Shown piece after piece: positions 1 to 9,476 of a stretch of DNA of 64,000 bases. The DNA lies in contig JBKBRF010000014.1 in NCBI GenBank assembly GCA_046292385.1, positions 31,955 to 95,954 on the forward strand, in the 5' to 3' direction. The translations under genes and the position numbers were made by a program. The notes under the pieces are model-generated. The model had not been told where the DNA came from. It was given only the letters and a program-made list of their open reading frames with translations, and made no database searches. Origin of the DNA: Armatimonadota bacterium. Its GTDB lineage: Bacteria > Armatimonadota > SYMT01. Position 1 is the stretch's first letter. The number at the start of each line of letters is the position of its first letter.

Positions 1-213
1 ACGCACCACCAGCAGCTCCAGCCGGTGCCGCAGTGGCGAATCGACAAGATCAACCGGGTGATTCCCGGCGACATGAAGCCGCCGATGAAGGCGTATCTCT
101 GGGCGCTCCAGAACCCCGGCATCACCGCCGTGATCTCCAACCTCTGGGACGAGACCTACGTGCGGGAAAACCTCTCCCTGGCGGGGAAGAAGGTGGAGCT
201 GCAGGCGGCCTGA
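1..213 (+). CDS. C-terminal fragment of an oxidoreductase (aldo/keto-reductase-like C-terminus); 5' end lies upstream of the window
   Basis: Open frame from nt 1 to TGA at 211-213. The tail ...KAYLWALQNPGITAVISNLWDETYVRENL resembles AKR C-termini. It is followed by a strong hairpin terminator. Confidence 0.4.
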   Translation, partial: THHQQLQPVPQWRIDKINRVIPGDMKPPMKAYLWALQNPGITAVISNLWDETYVRENLSLAGKKVELQAA

Positions 214-232
214 GGCGGAGCCGCGCCGACGC

Positions 233-277
233 ACAAACGCCCTCCCCGGCCTTCGAGGCCGGGGAGGGCGTTTGCGG
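233..277. terminator. Bidirectional rho-independent terminator (perfect hairpin AAACGCCCTCCCCGGCC / GGCCGGGGAGGGCGTTT)
   Basis: A 17-bp perfect inverted repeat with a ~5-nt loop sits between convergent genes (1..213 + and 300..683 -) and is followed by TTTG. Confidence 0.55.
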
Positions 278-299
278 TTCCGGGTGCTCCGGCCAGCTA

Positions 300-683
300 C
301 TAAGTGGGGACCTGGTTGGTCGCCAGGACTTTCTCCACGTGGCGCAGCACGTCTCCGGTGGCGTACGGCTTGGTAAAGAAGCCGGCCAGGTTGAACTGGC
401 GCACCTGATCGAAGTCTTCCCGCGCGCTCTTGGCGGTGAAGATCACGATCGGCACCTTGCGCAGCTTCTCGTCTTCCGAGAGCGAGCGGCAGACTTCCCA
501 GCCGTCCTTGCCGGGGAGCATCAGGTCGAGAAGCAGCAGGTCCGGGGTGAACTGCTTCATCTTCTCGAGCGCTTCGTTGCCGTCCCACGCCTGCTCCACG
601 TGGTAGCCCGCACGGGTGAGATTATAGTGAAGAAGGTCGTTGAGCTCGTCGTCGTCTTCCACGACCATGATCGTTGCCGGCAT
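300..683 (-). CDS. Single-domain response regulator (CheY-like receiver)
   Basis: 127 aa with MVVEDDDELNDLL...DLLLLDLMLPGKDG...IVIFTAKS, the classic receiver D-D-D/K signature. It lies immediately downstream of the HK on the same strand. Confidence 0.85.
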   Translation of the reverse strand: MPATIMVVEDDDELNDLLHYNLTRAGYHVEQAWDGNEALEKMKQFTPDLLLLDLMLPGKDGWEVCRSLSEDEKLRKVPIVIFTAKSAREDFDQVRQFNLAGFFTKPYATGDVLRHVEKVLATNQVPT

Positions 684-735
684 CAGGCGATTCCTCGTCA
701 GGGTGCCGCGGCGGGCCCCTGCTGTAGTTTGTGTG

Positions 736-2265
736 TCAGGTCCCCGCTGGGACCGCTTCCGGAGAAGGAGAGGGCTTTCCCCCCGGCTTCTCGGGCTTCA
801 GGGGAAGGACGATCTCGAACTCCGTCCCTTTCCCCACTTCGCTGCGCACGTGGATGGAGCTCTGGTGCGCCTCGAGGATCTGGTGCACGATCGCCAGGCC
901 GAGGCCGGTTCCGCCGGTGCGGCGGGTGCGGGCCTGCTCCACGCGGTAAAAGCGATCGAAGATGTGCGGCAGGTGCTCCGGCGGCATTCCCTCGCCGGTA
1001 TCCGCGATGGTGATCACGAGGGACTGGTCCCGCTGGTGCGCTGCCACTCGAACGTTTCCCCCGGCGGGGGTGTGCCGAACCCCATTATCGATCAAGTTTA
1101 GAAAAACCTGGGTCAGCCGGTCACGATCAGCTGTGATCTCGGGCAAGTTTTCGGCGACCTCCATGTCGATTCGCACTTGGTTCTGGCGTGCCCCCTCGGC
1201 ACAGACGTGGACCGCGTCCTCGATCACCGCGTGGATCGACGTCGGCCCGAAATTCTCCACCAGGTTGCCGCTCTCGATCTGCGCCAGGTCGAGGAGCTGG
1301 GAAGCGAGCCGCGCCAGTCGCTCCGTCTGGCTGATGATCCGGGGCAGGTAGCGAGCCCGCAGGGTGGGGTCGGTGTTGCCGTGCTCCATCATCGTCTCCG
1401 CCATGCCGCGGATCGCCGCCAGCGGCGTCCGCAGCTCGTGGGAGACATTGGAGACGTACTGCCGCCGCAGGCCCTCCAGCTGCAGCAGCCGCTGGGTCAT
1501 CTGGTTCAGGGTGGCGCCGAGATGGGTGATCTCATCGGTCCCCTTCACCTCGACCCGGTGCTCCAGGTCGCCCGCGCCGATCCGCTGCGCGCTGCGGGTG
1601 ATCTCTTCAACCGGCCGCACGATGCTCGTCGCCAGCCGCACGGTCAGGAAGATGATCAGCACCGCGTAGAGCGCGAAGCTCGACTGCAGCGTGATGCGGA
1701 CCCGGGCGATGTTGTTCTGAATCTCCGTCAGGGTGTACGCCACGCGGACCGCGCCCACGATCCGGTCGCCGTCCTTGACCGGCGCGTTCGCGTACATCGT
1801 GTCCTGGTTGCCGTACTGGGGGTTCTTCCAGACCGTGGAGGTCGGCTCCCCCTGCAGCGCGAGAAGCATTCCCGGCCGGCGCTCTTCGGTAACCAGGGTG
1901 TTGACGTCTTCCGGGGTGACCGACGCCTTGATGATCCCGTTGGCGTCGGCGATGGTGACGCGCACGTCGGAGTACTGTCCCCACTGCCGCACCATGCGCT
2001 CCAGCGCCTTGGGATTGTCTTCCGTCTCCGGGGAGAGAATCGGGGCAGCGGCGTCCGCGATGATGAAGGACTTGGCCTTCAGCTCGCGGCTCATGTTCTG
2101 GGTGTAGTAGTCCCAGAGCAGGTTCGCGAGGACGACGCCCAGGATCACCAGCGGTATGCTGATGGCCAGGAGACTGCTGACAATCAGCTTCCACCGGATG
2201 GTGCGGAAGAGCGGGAAGCTGGCGAACGCAGGGGAGGATTTCGGGTCGGTGGTGGGAGGTGTCAC
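736..2265 (-). CDS. Sensor histidine kinase (TM1 - periplasmic sensor - TM2 - HAMP - HisKA - HATPase_c)
   Basis: H-box HELRTPLAAIRGM. N/G-boxes DNGVRHT, DTGEGM and GGTGLGLAIV. Two predicted TM helices. The ORF-track N-terminus (R/S-rich, to 2493) looks like a spurious extension. The proposed GTG start at 2265 is uncertain; alternative starts lie within ~50 nt. Confidence 0.8.
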   Translation of the reverse strand: MTPPTTDPKSSPAFASFPLFRTIRWKLIVSSLLAISIPLVILGVVLANLLWDYYTQNMSRELKAKSFIIADAAAPILSPETEDNPKALERMVRQWGQYSDVRVTIADANGIIKASVTPEDVNTLVTEERRPGMLLALQGEPTSTVWKNPQYGNQDTMYANAPVKDGDRIVGAVRVAYTLTEIQNNIARVRITLQSSFALYAVLIIFLTVRLATSIVRPVEEITRSAQRIGAGDLEHRVEVKGTDEITHLGATLNQMTQRLLQLEGLRRQYVSNVSHELRTPLAAIRGMAETMMEHGNTDPTLRARYLPRIISQTERLARLASQLLDLAQIESGNLVENFGPTSIHAVIEDAVHVCAEGARQNQVRIDMEVAENLPEITADRDRLTQVFLNLIDNGVRHTPAGGNVRVAAHQRDQSLVITIADTGEGMPPEHLPHIFDRFYRVEQARTRRTGGTGLGLAIVHQILEAHQSSIHVRSEVGKGTEFEIVLPLKPEKPGGKPSPSPEAVPAGT

Positions 2266-2347
2266 GACAACGCTTGTCTTACCCGGCCGAGCACTGCCTG
2301 AAACCTCTTTTCGAGGGACTCGCGGCTGCGGGCAGCGGGGCGGGCAG

Positions 2348-2638
2348 CTACCCGGCTCCCTCCGGCTCCGAGTCCGAGAGCTGGAGCGGCGGCGGGGAGT
2401 CCGCGGGATAGAGCCGCGAGTAGTGGAACAGCGCGACGCGGTAATCGTCGACGATCTCCCGCGCCCACTGTTCTCCCTGCGCCTCCATCTCACAGGCGCG
2501 GCTGAATCCCGCCAGCAGGCAGCGATAGCCCGCGCAGGGATCCCCGTGCTGCAGCAGGCGCGTGGCGTCGTTTACCGCCCGGCACAGCAGCTTGTACTCG
2601 ATGCGGCGCATCACCCCCGGGTCCAGCTCCGTCAGCAT
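2348..2638 (-). CDS. Small hypothetical protein (96 aa), first gene of the HK/RR operon
   Basis: ATG at 2638 is preceded by GGAGG 7 nt upstream. Same strand and just upstream of the HK. No recognisable domain. Confidence 0.4.
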   Translation of the reverse strand: MLTELDPGVMRRIEYKLLCRAVNDATRLLQHGDPCAGYRCLLAGFSRACEMEAQGEQWAREIVDDYRVALFHYSRLYPADSPPPLQLSDSEPEGAG

Positions 2639-2867
2639 CTCCCGCCTCCGCTTCTTCTCCCTCGCTCTCCGGGTGCTTTGTACCGGTTCCTCGCTCGCTC
2701 CACACGAGGCGCGTCCCCGTGCGAAGGACAAGCGGGCCGGCGCCTGCACTCTCTCCCTCCCCCGCCGCTCGCCGCCCGCTGTAGCGAGGAGGACCGAAAG
2801 CGATAGAACTGAGGAGGGGGTAAGCGGGTCCGGCCCGCCCGCCCCACGCTCGGAAACGGGAGGAACG

Positions 2868-3437
2868 ATGGCGGAGGCGCGGCGTCTCATCGTGGGAATC
2901 ACCGGCGCGACCGGCATCGCCTACGGAATCCGGATCCTGGAGCTGCTGCGGGAGACCGACGTGGAGGCGCATCTCGTCATCTCCCGCGCGGGAGAGCTGA
3001 CGCGGAGCTACGAGAGCGAGCTTTCCTCGGATCAGCTCCGCGGCCTGGCGGACGTGGTCTACCCGATCACCGACGTCGGCGCGGCGATCGCGAGCGGCTC
3101 GTTCAAAACGCTGGGAATGATCGTGGCGCCCTGCTCGATCCGGAGCCTCTCCGAGATCGCCACCGGGGTCACGAGCAGCCTGCTGACGCGCGCGGCCGAC
3201 GTGGTGCTGAAGGAGCGGCGCCGCCTGGTGCTGATGGTGCGGGAGACGCCGCTGCACGCCGGGCACCTGCGCAGCATGCTGGCGGTCACGGAGGCGGGCG
3301 GCATCATCGCCCCGCCGGTGCCCGCCTTCTACACGCGCCCGGAGACACTGGACGACATCGTCACCCAGACCGCCGGGCGGATGCTCGACCTGTTCGACAT
3401 CGAGACCGGCGTGGTGAAGCGCTGGCGAGACGAGTGA
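2868..3437 (+). CDS. ubiX: Flavin prenyltransferase UbiX (PAD1 family)
   Basis: The N-terminus RRLIVGITGATGIAYGIRILE is the UbiX/Pad1 signature. GGGAGG SD lies 7 nt before ATG 2868. Length 189 aa. Confidence 0.9.
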   Translation: MAEARRLIVGITGATGIAYGIRILELLRETDVEAHLVISRAGELTRSYESELSSDQLRGLADVVYPITDVGAAIASGSFKTLGMIVAPCSIRSLSEIATGVTSSLLTRAADVVLKERRRLVLMVRETPLHAGHLRSMLAVTEAGGIIAPPVPAFYTRPETLDDIVTQTAGRMLDLFDIETGVVKRWRDE

Positions 3438-3456
3438 CGGGGAAGCGAGGTTTGCG

Positions 3457-5541
3457 GTGACCACGCAAGTACGGGGCGCCTGCCCTCACAACTGTCCGGA
3501 TACCTGCGGCTGGGTCGTGACGCTGGACGACGCCGGCACTCCGGTGAAGATCCAGGGCAACCCGGAGCATCCCTATACCGGCGGCTGGCTCTGCACCAAG
3601 GTGAACCGCTACCTGGAGTGGGTGCTGCACCCGGAGCGGCTGCGCCGGCCGCTGCGCCGGGTCGGCGCGAAGGGGGAGGGGCGCTTCGAGCCGATCTCCT
3701 GGGAGGAAGCGCTGGACGAGATCGCCTCGCGCTGGCAGGGCCTGATCGCGGAGCACGGACCCGAGGCGATCCTGCCCTACAGCTACTCCGGCACGCTGGG
3801 TCTGGTGCAGTGCGAGGTGGCGAACCGGAGGCTCTGGACCCGGATGGGCGCCTCCGGGCTCGACCGCACCATTTGCTCCGTCGCCGGCACGGAAGCGCTG
3901 CGGGTGACGGTCGGCGGCAGCTTCGGCACCGACCCCGAGGCGGTGGTCGAGAGCCGGCTGGTGCTGCTCTGGGGCACCAACCCGGCGAGCACCCACCCGC
4001 ACTTCATCCCCTGGCTGGACGAAGCTCGCCGCCGCGGCGCGAAGGTCTACCTGATCGATCCCCACCGCTCGCTCACCGCCCGGCGCGCCGACGTCCACCT
4101 GCGGCCGAGGCCGGGCTCCGATGCCGCGCTGGCGCTCGCGCTGATGCACCTGCTGTTCCGGGACGGGTACGTCGACGAAGCCTGGGCCGCGGAGCACACC
4201 GTCGGGCTCGAGGCGCTGCGGAGCCGCGTCGGCGAGTGGACCCCGGAGCGGGCGGCGGAGGTGACCGGCATCCCCGTCCCGCAGATCGAGGCGCTGGCGC
4301 GCGACTACGGCACCCTTCGGCCGTCGCTGATCCGCACCTCCATGGGGCTGCAGCGCCACAGCAACGGCGGCAACACCATCCGCACCCTGGCCTGCCTGCC
4401 GGCGCTGGTGGGGCAGTACGGCAAGCCGGGCGGCGGGCTCCTCTACAGCACCGGAGGTTACCTCGCCTGGCCGGGGCAGGTGCTCTGCCCGGACGAGCTG
4501 CGCGCAGCCAGCCCGAACCCGAGCCCGCGGGTGATCAACATGAACCGGCTGGGGGCGGCGCTGGAGCAGGCGGAGCCGCCGGTCCGCGCCCTCTACGTCT
4601 TCAACAGCAACCCGGCCGCGGTGGCGCCGAACTCCAACCGGGTGGCGCGGGGACTGGCGCGGCCGGATCTCTTCACCGTGGTGCACGAGCTGTTCCTGAC
4701 CGATACCGCGAAGTGGGCCGACCTCGTGCTGCCGGCGACCAGCCAGTTCGAGCACTGGGATCTGCACAAGGCGTACGGGCACCTCTACCTCTCGCTGAAC
4801 CGCCCCGCCATGGCGCCGCTCGGGGAGGCGAAGAGCAACTGGGAGGTGATGCGGCTCCTGGCGGCACGGTTGGGCTATGCGGAGCCTGCCTTCGCGGAGA
4901 GCGCGGAGGAGATCATCCAGGCGGCGCTGGCACAGGGCGGGCCGGCGGTCGAGGGGATCACCTGGGAACGGCTGCTCGAAGAGGGCTTCTGCCGCCTCAA
5001 CTACCCGCGTCCGCACGTGCCGTTCGCCGGGGGCCGCTTCCGGACGCCGAGCGGCAAGGTGGAGCTGTTCAGCCAGCAGTTGGCGGACGCCGGCATGGAC
5101 CCCCTGCCGGGCTGGGTGCCCGACGTGGAGAGCGCGGAAGGCAGCCCGGAGCGGCAGCGCCGCTATCCCCTGCAGCTGGTGAGCGCCGCCAGCCACTACT
5201 TCCTGAACAGCAGCTTCGGGAACGTCCCGAGCCTACAGCGCCGCCACGGCGACCCGAGCCTGGAGATCCATCCGGACGACGCGAGCTCCCGCGGCATCCG
5301 GGACGGGGACTGGGTGGAGGTGGCGAACGATCGCGGCGCCTTCCTGGCGCGGGCGCGGGTGGGGGAGACGGTCTCGCCCGGGTCTCTCTTCAGCCCGACG
5401 GTCTGGTGGCGCCGGCACGCGCCGGACAGCCGCAACGCCAACTGCACCACCAGCGACGAGCTCTCCGACTACGCCGGCGGCGCTACGTTCCACGGGAACC
5501 TGGTCGAGGTCACCCTCGCCCCCGCACCCCCCGCTACGTGA
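3457..5541 (+). CDS. Molybdopterin oxidoreductase (MopB superfamily; nitrate-reductase / formate-dehydrogenase-like catalytic subunit)
   Basis: GTG start with SD. The N-terminal 4Fe-4S motif CPHNCPDTCG...C is present. Overall similarity to Mo-bisPGD enzymes with a C-terminal MopB-CT-like domain. Confidence 0.85.
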   Translation: MTTQVRGACPHNCPDTCGWVVTLDDAGTPVKIQGNPEHPYTGGWLCTKVNRYLEWVLHPERLRRPLRRVGAKGEGRFEPISWEEALDEIASRWQGLIAEHGPEAILPYSYSGTLGLVQCEVANRRLWTRMGASGLDRTICSVAGTEALRVTVGGSFGTDPEAVVESRLVLLWGTNPASTHPHFIPWLDEARRRGAKVYLIDPHRSLTARRADVHLRPRPGSDAALALALMHLLFRDGYVDEAWAAEHTVGLEALRSRVGEWTPERAAEVTGIPVPQIEALARDYGTLRPSLIRTSMGLQRHSNGGNTIRTLACLPALVGQYGKPGGGLLYSTGGYLAWPGQVLCPDELRAASPNPSPRVINMNRLGAALEQAEPPVRALYVFNSNPAAVAPNSNRVARGLARPDLFTVVHELFLTDTAKWADLVLPATSQFEHWDLHKAYGHLYLSLNRPAMAPLGEAKSNWEVMRLLAARLGYAEPAFAESAEEIIQAALAQGGPAVEGITWERLLEEGFCRLNYPRPHVPFAGGRFRTPSGKVELFSQQLADAGMDPLPGWVPDVESAEGSPERQRRYPLQLVSAASHYFLNSSFGNVPSLQRRHGDPSLEIHPDDASSRGIRDGDWVEVANDRGAFLARARVGETVSPGSLFSPTVWWRRHAPDSRNANCTTSDELSDYAGGATFHGNLVEVTLAPAPPAT

Positions 5542-6226
5542 GGCGGGCGTAGATCCTGGCAAGCAGCGGGAGCGGGACGTGGGCGGCGTAGAGCGCGAGG
5601 ATGAGCGCGTAGAGGGCCGTGGTGCGGTACGGGCCGTGGCGCTCGTAGCGGCGGGGGCTCGTCTCGATCTCGAGCGGAAGCTGCCGGACCCGGCCGTGCT
5701 TCCGCAGCCGGCGGTAGAGCTCCGCGTCTTCCATCAGCGGCACGTCCGGATAGCCGCCGACCGCCGCGAAGACCGCGCGGCGGCAGAAGATGCCGTGGTC
5801 GCCGAGCGCGATCCGGAAGAGATCGACTCCCAGGTTGCCCAGGCGGTCGCTGATCCGGTAGACCGGCTCCGGCCGCGGAATCCGGAGCCGGAAGCAGCCG
5901 CCGGCGAGACGCGGATCCCGCAGCGCCTCCGCCAACGCGGCCGCGGACCGCTCCGGCAGGCGGGAATCGGCGTGGACGAACCAGAGCAGCTCTCCGGAGG
6001 CGGCGCCCGCGCCCGCGTTCATCTGGCGGGCGCGGCCCGGAGCCGACTGGACCACCCGGTCCGCCAGCGGCCGCGCCAGCTCGGGCGTGCCGTCGGTGCT
6101 GCCGCCGTCGGCGACGATCACCTCCGCGTCCGGCGCTCGCTCGCGCAGGTGCCGCAGGAACGCCTCGATCCCCTCCGCCTCGCCGCGGGTCGGGACGACG
6201 ATCGAGAGCGTCAGGCCGGCTTCCAC
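5534..6226 (-). CDS. Glycosyltransferase family 2
   Basis: LSIVVPTRGEAEG...VIVADGGSTDGT...HADSRL is GT2 (DxD-like) architecture. GTG start at 6226 overlaps the stop of the upstream YdjC gene by 16 nt (operon). The long N-terminal extension in the ORF track is rejected. Confidence 0.7.
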   Translation of the reverse strand: MEAGLTLSIVVPTRGEAEGIEAFLRHLRERAPDAEVIVADGGSTDGTPELARPLADRVVQSAPGRARQMNAGAGAASGELLWFVHADSRLPERSAAALAEALRDPRLAGGCFRLRIPRPEPVYRISDRLGNLGVDLFRIALGDHGIFCRRAVFAAVGGYPDVPLMEDAELYRRLRKHGRVRQLPLEIETSPRRYERHGPYRTTALYALILALYAAHVPLPLLARIYARLT

Positions 6227-7173
6227 AGCGGGGCCAGGTCCCGATAGCTCACCCGCTTCACCCCCTCGCGCTCCAGCAGCTTCCGGGCGGCGGGATCGGT
6301 GCAGAGGCGGAGCTCGTTGTAGCGCGGCTCCCAGTTGCCGGTGACGTGGCGGATCTCCTCGTCGTTGCCGGCCAGGTGGACGATCAGCTCCGTCACGCCC
6401 GGCTTCAGCTCCCGCACCAGCTTTTCGAACTCGGTCATCCGGGCCTCGTAGGTGCTGCCGGTGAGGCTCGTGACCAGCCGGTCGAGGATGACGAAACCGC
6501 CCGCCTGAAGCCGCTCGACCATCTTGCCGTAGTCGATTCCGAGCTGCCGTGCCTCGAGCAGGATCTCCGGGGTGGGGCCGGGGAGCATCGGCATCAGGCG
6601 GGTCTCCGCGGCGACCTTCACGTACGCTTCGAAGAAGTCGGGCCGGGAGAAGAGGGTCCCCATGTGGGAGTCGACGTGGGTCGGCTTCAACCCGAAGGCG
6701 AGGGCGCGGTCGATCTGCGCCCGGATCTCCCGCTCCACTTCCTCCGCCCTGGCGTGCTTCGCCACGTCCTCCACGCGCCGCCAGAGGAAGCCGTCCGGAT
6801 CGAGCAGGCCCGGGACGCGGTCGGGCGGGGTCACGGGCCGCCAGCGGTAGTGCTGCCACTCGCTGGTGAGGGTGAGGTGCAGCCCCAGGCACGCCTCCGG
6901 GTGCGCCTTCGACCAGGCGGCGATGGCGGGGAACCAGGGACACGGCACCATGATGCTGCCGGAGCTGACGATTCCCTCGGTCAGTGCCCGCTGCGAGGCG
7001 GCGTTGACCGAGTGGCACATCCCGATGTCGTCGGCGTGGATCATCAGGAGCCGGGTCTCCGGCCCGTGTCCCAGCCGCTCCGCCAGGGTTGCCGCGCGCG
7101 CGGGCCGCCCGCCCGCCAGCGACCAGGCGCCCAGCGCCCCCGCACCCAGGGTCAGCAGTTTCCGCCGGTTCAC
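6211..7173 (-). CDS. YdjC-family carbohydrate deacetylase (ChbG/HpnK-like) with twin-arginine signal
   Basis: A Tat-like NRRKLLTLGAGALGAWSLAGG signal is present. The conserved MIHADDIGM...THVDSHM motifs are YdjC-family metal ligands. GTG start at 7173. Confidence 0.75.
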   Translation of the reverse strand: MNRRKLLTLGAGALGAWSLAGGRPARAATLAERLGHGPETRLLMIHADDIGMCHSVNAASQRALTEGIVSSGSIMVPCPWFPAIAAWSKAHPEACLGLHLTLTSEWQHYRWRPVTPPDRVPGLLDPDGFLWRRVEDVAKHARAEEVEREIRAQIDRALAFGLKPTHVDSHMGTLFSRPDFFEAYVKVAAETRLMPMLPGPTPEILLEARQLGIDYGKMVERLQAGGFVILDRLVTSLTGSTYEARMTEFEKLVRELKPGVTELIVHLAGNDEEIRHVTGNWEPRYNELRLCTDPAARKLLEREGVKRVSYRDLAPLWKPA

Positions 7174-7341
7174 GCTCCGCCGTCCTTTCCGGGCCGCCAC
7201 TGCGGCTCGCACCAGAGACAGGTCAGCGACCGCCCGACCGGATTCCTGCGCCCGGGGATGGTGCGGCGCCCGACCGGGGAATACCGCTATAGTGGAATTG
7301 GCGGCGCGGTGCAGGGTACGGGGGGCGAGGGCGGCAATCTG

Positions 7342-8589
7342 ATGCTTGAGATGACCTGGCCCCGCTCCTCCATCGCTTTCCTCCTGCTCGCCGGCGGCAT
7401 CAGTGCCGCCTCCGCTGCGCCTGCCGTCGCCCCAAAACCGGCCGCGGCTCCGAATCCGGCCGCGGCTCCCGCGCTGCGGGCGCCGGAGGTGACGGTCGAC
7501 GGCTATCGGTTTGTCATCGAGCGCATCACGCAGCAGGAGAACCTGGCGCTCGACCTCGAGCCGGCCGGCGCTCCGGTGCAGGGGCAGCAGTTCGTCTTCC
7601 TGGAGCTGGCCGTCTATCCGCCCGATCCGAAGCAAGCGGTGAACGTGGAGGGACTCGACGCGCGGCTGGTCGCGTTCGCCAACGGCTCCCGGGCCGTGGC
7701 ACTGCAGCCGCAGGGTGCGGAGGAGAACGACGCCCGCTCCACCGGCGTCTGGCGCACGCGGCTGATGGCTTCCGGGCTCGATCTCTCGGTGGGGCGGCTC
7801 AGCCGGCTGCAGGGCGAGCTGGTGGTCTACCCGCAGTCGCAGCTCCTGACCCTAGACTTTCCGCTCGCCGAGAAGCTGCCGCTCACGCGCCGCGCCGAGA
7901 GCTTCCGCGCGACGCTGAAGCGGGTCCAGCCGCGGAACGAGGCGATCACCGCCGTGGTGGAGATGGCCTGGGACTCCGGCAGCAGCATCGCCCGGGCGAA
8001 TCCGGAGGCGCCGTTCGGCATCACCGCGGTCACCAAGGGCGGCGCCGTCCTGCTCCCGAACGGCGGGGGCAGCAGCAGCCCGGTGGTGCGCGGGCCGATC
8101 ACCACCCGGGAGTATACGGTGACGTTTACCGACCTGGCCGAGACACCGGCTTCCGTCCGCGTGCAGCTCCTCCTGCGCTACGGCACGCCGAAGCGCCTGG
8201 CGTTCACGCTTCCCGAGATCCACCTGCCGGACACGCTCCCGCTGGCGGAGCACCTGGCCGGCGAGGAGACCGAGGCGCCGCCGCTCTGGCCCGGCCACCC
8301 GCTCTACGCGGAGCGCGGCGGCACGCTCAAGGTGCTCGGAAAGGCCGCGGCCGAAGAGCAGAAGCCGCTGCGGCTCGGCTTCTCCCGCAAGTCCGCGGCC
8401 GCCTTCGGTCCGTGGCGCTGGCTGCTGGTTCCGGTCGGCGCGGACGGCACCGCCACGCTGCGCCACCTGCTGCCGGGCCGCTACCGCGTAGCGCGCGCCG
8501 GGGCGCCGGAAGGGGAGGCGCCGGTCGAGATCGAGATCACCGCCGGTGGGACGGCGTCCCTGCCGGGCGCGGGAGGGTTGGGCCAGTGA
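7342..8589 (+). CDS. Secreted hypothetical protein (signal peptide, Pro/Ala-rich linker)
   Basis: The N-terminus MTWPRSSIAFLLLAGGISAASAAPA is a signal peptide. No domain recognised. The stop overlaps the next gene's start (GTGA). Confidence 0.5.
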   Translation: MLEMTWPRSSIAFLLLAGGISAASAAPAVAPKPAAAPNPAAAPALRAPEVTVDGYRFVIERITQQENLALDLEPAGAPVQGQQFVFLELAVYPPDPKQAVNVEGLDARLVAFANGSRAVALQPQGAEENDARSTGVWRTRLMASGLDLSVGRLSRLQGELVVYPQSQLLTLDFPLAEKLPLTRRAESFRATLKRVQPRNEAITAVVEMAWDSGSSIARANPEAPFGITAVTKGGAVLLPNGGGSSSPVVRGPITTREYTVTFTDLAETPASVRVQLLLRYGTPKRLAFTLPEIHLPDTLPLAEHLAGEETEAPPLWPGHPLYAERGGTLKVLGKAAAEEQKPLRLGFSRKSAAAFGPWRWLLVPVGADGTATLRHLLPGRYRVARAGAPEGEAPVEIEITAGGTASLPGAGGLGQ

Positions 8590-9476
8590 GATGGTATGCC
8601 GCCGCCGGCCGAGCGGTCACGCTTCTGCTGCTGGGACTCTCCGCGCTCTCCGCGCCCGCCACCGGAGCCCAGAACGGCTCACGCGTGACGGTGGGCCCCT
8701 ACCGGGTATCGGTAGACCGCGTCACCTCCGTGCGGAAGCTGGTGGTCGGCTTCGACGTGCCGGGCCGGGAAAAGGCGGAGGCGGGCGCGCAGGCGAGCCG
8801 GACGGTGCAGCTCCAGGTTTCGGTGAACACCGACGATCCGAAGGCGGCGGCGGGGCTGGTCACCTTCAAGCTGGAGGAGATGCTGGTAGAGCAGGGGCGG
8901 CGGCTGGTCTCGCTGCCGCACTACGGCGGGGTGCTGGAGACGGCAAACGACTCGGCCGTGGTCCGCGCCTATCTCTACGTCCCGAGCTTCCCGGCGCTGC
9001 ATTCGGAGATCCGCTCCTTGCAGGGAGAGATCGCGGCGTATGAAAACGCCTCGATCGAGGAGCTGATGCTGCCGGTCGATCCCGCCGGCCCCACCACGGT
9101 GGAGGGGCGCGGCGGTCTCAAGGCGACCTTGCAGAGCGTAAAGGTGGAAGGCTCCACCGCGCGGGTCGAGCTGGACCTCTCCGGGCCGGAGGGCACCCAG
9201 CTCCTGGCGCCGCTGGCGGACGGCACGCACGGGGTGACCCTGCAGGACGCGCAGGGGCGGGAGGCGGCGCCCTCCGGCGGGAGCATGGAGCATCCCCGGC
9301 CGGGGAGCGCGGAGTATCGGGTCGGGTTCCGGGGCCTACGCGGCGAGCCGAAAACGGTGGCGCTGCGCGTGCTGGTGCGCTCCGGCGCCCGGCGCATCTA
9401 TCCGTTCCGGCTGGAGCGAATTCCGCTCCCGGTTCGGCCGGTCGCGGGGGCCGAGCAGGCCGCTGACGAGGAGTAG
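8586..9476 (+). CDS. Secreted hypothetical protein, translationally coupled to the upstream gene
   Basis: GTG 8586 overlaps the upstream TGA. Signal peptide VRWYAAAGRAVTLLLLGLSALSAPATGAQ. The 3' end overlaps the convergent gene 9336..10001 by ~140 nt, so one of the two C-termini may be over-called. Confidence 0.45.
   Translation: MRWYAAAGRAVTLLLLGLSALSAPATGAQNGSRVTVGPYRVSVDRVTSVRKLVVGFDVPGREKAEAGAQASRTVQLQVSVNTDDPKAAAGLVTFKLEEMLVEQGRRLVSLPHYGGVLETANDSAVVRAYLYVPSFPALHSEIRSLQGEIAAYENASIEELMLPVDPAGPTTVEGRGGLKATLQSVKVEGSTARVELDLSGPEGTQLLAPLADGTHGVTLQDAQGREAAPSGGSMEHPRPGSAEYRVGFRGLRGEPKTVALRVLVRSGARRIYPFRLERIPLPVRPVAGAEQAADEE

Noticed and set aside
33-5552. Many long ORFs in the first 5.5 kb (33..1013 +, 640..1101 +, 1177..2301 +, 2490..3464 -, 3361..5196 -, 3618..5552 +)
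   Set aside because: They run antisense or out-of-frame across the well-supported RR, HK, UbiX and molybdopterin oxidoreductase genes. Their compositions are Arg/Ala/Gly/Pro-rich, which is typical of non-coding frames in ~70% GC DNA.
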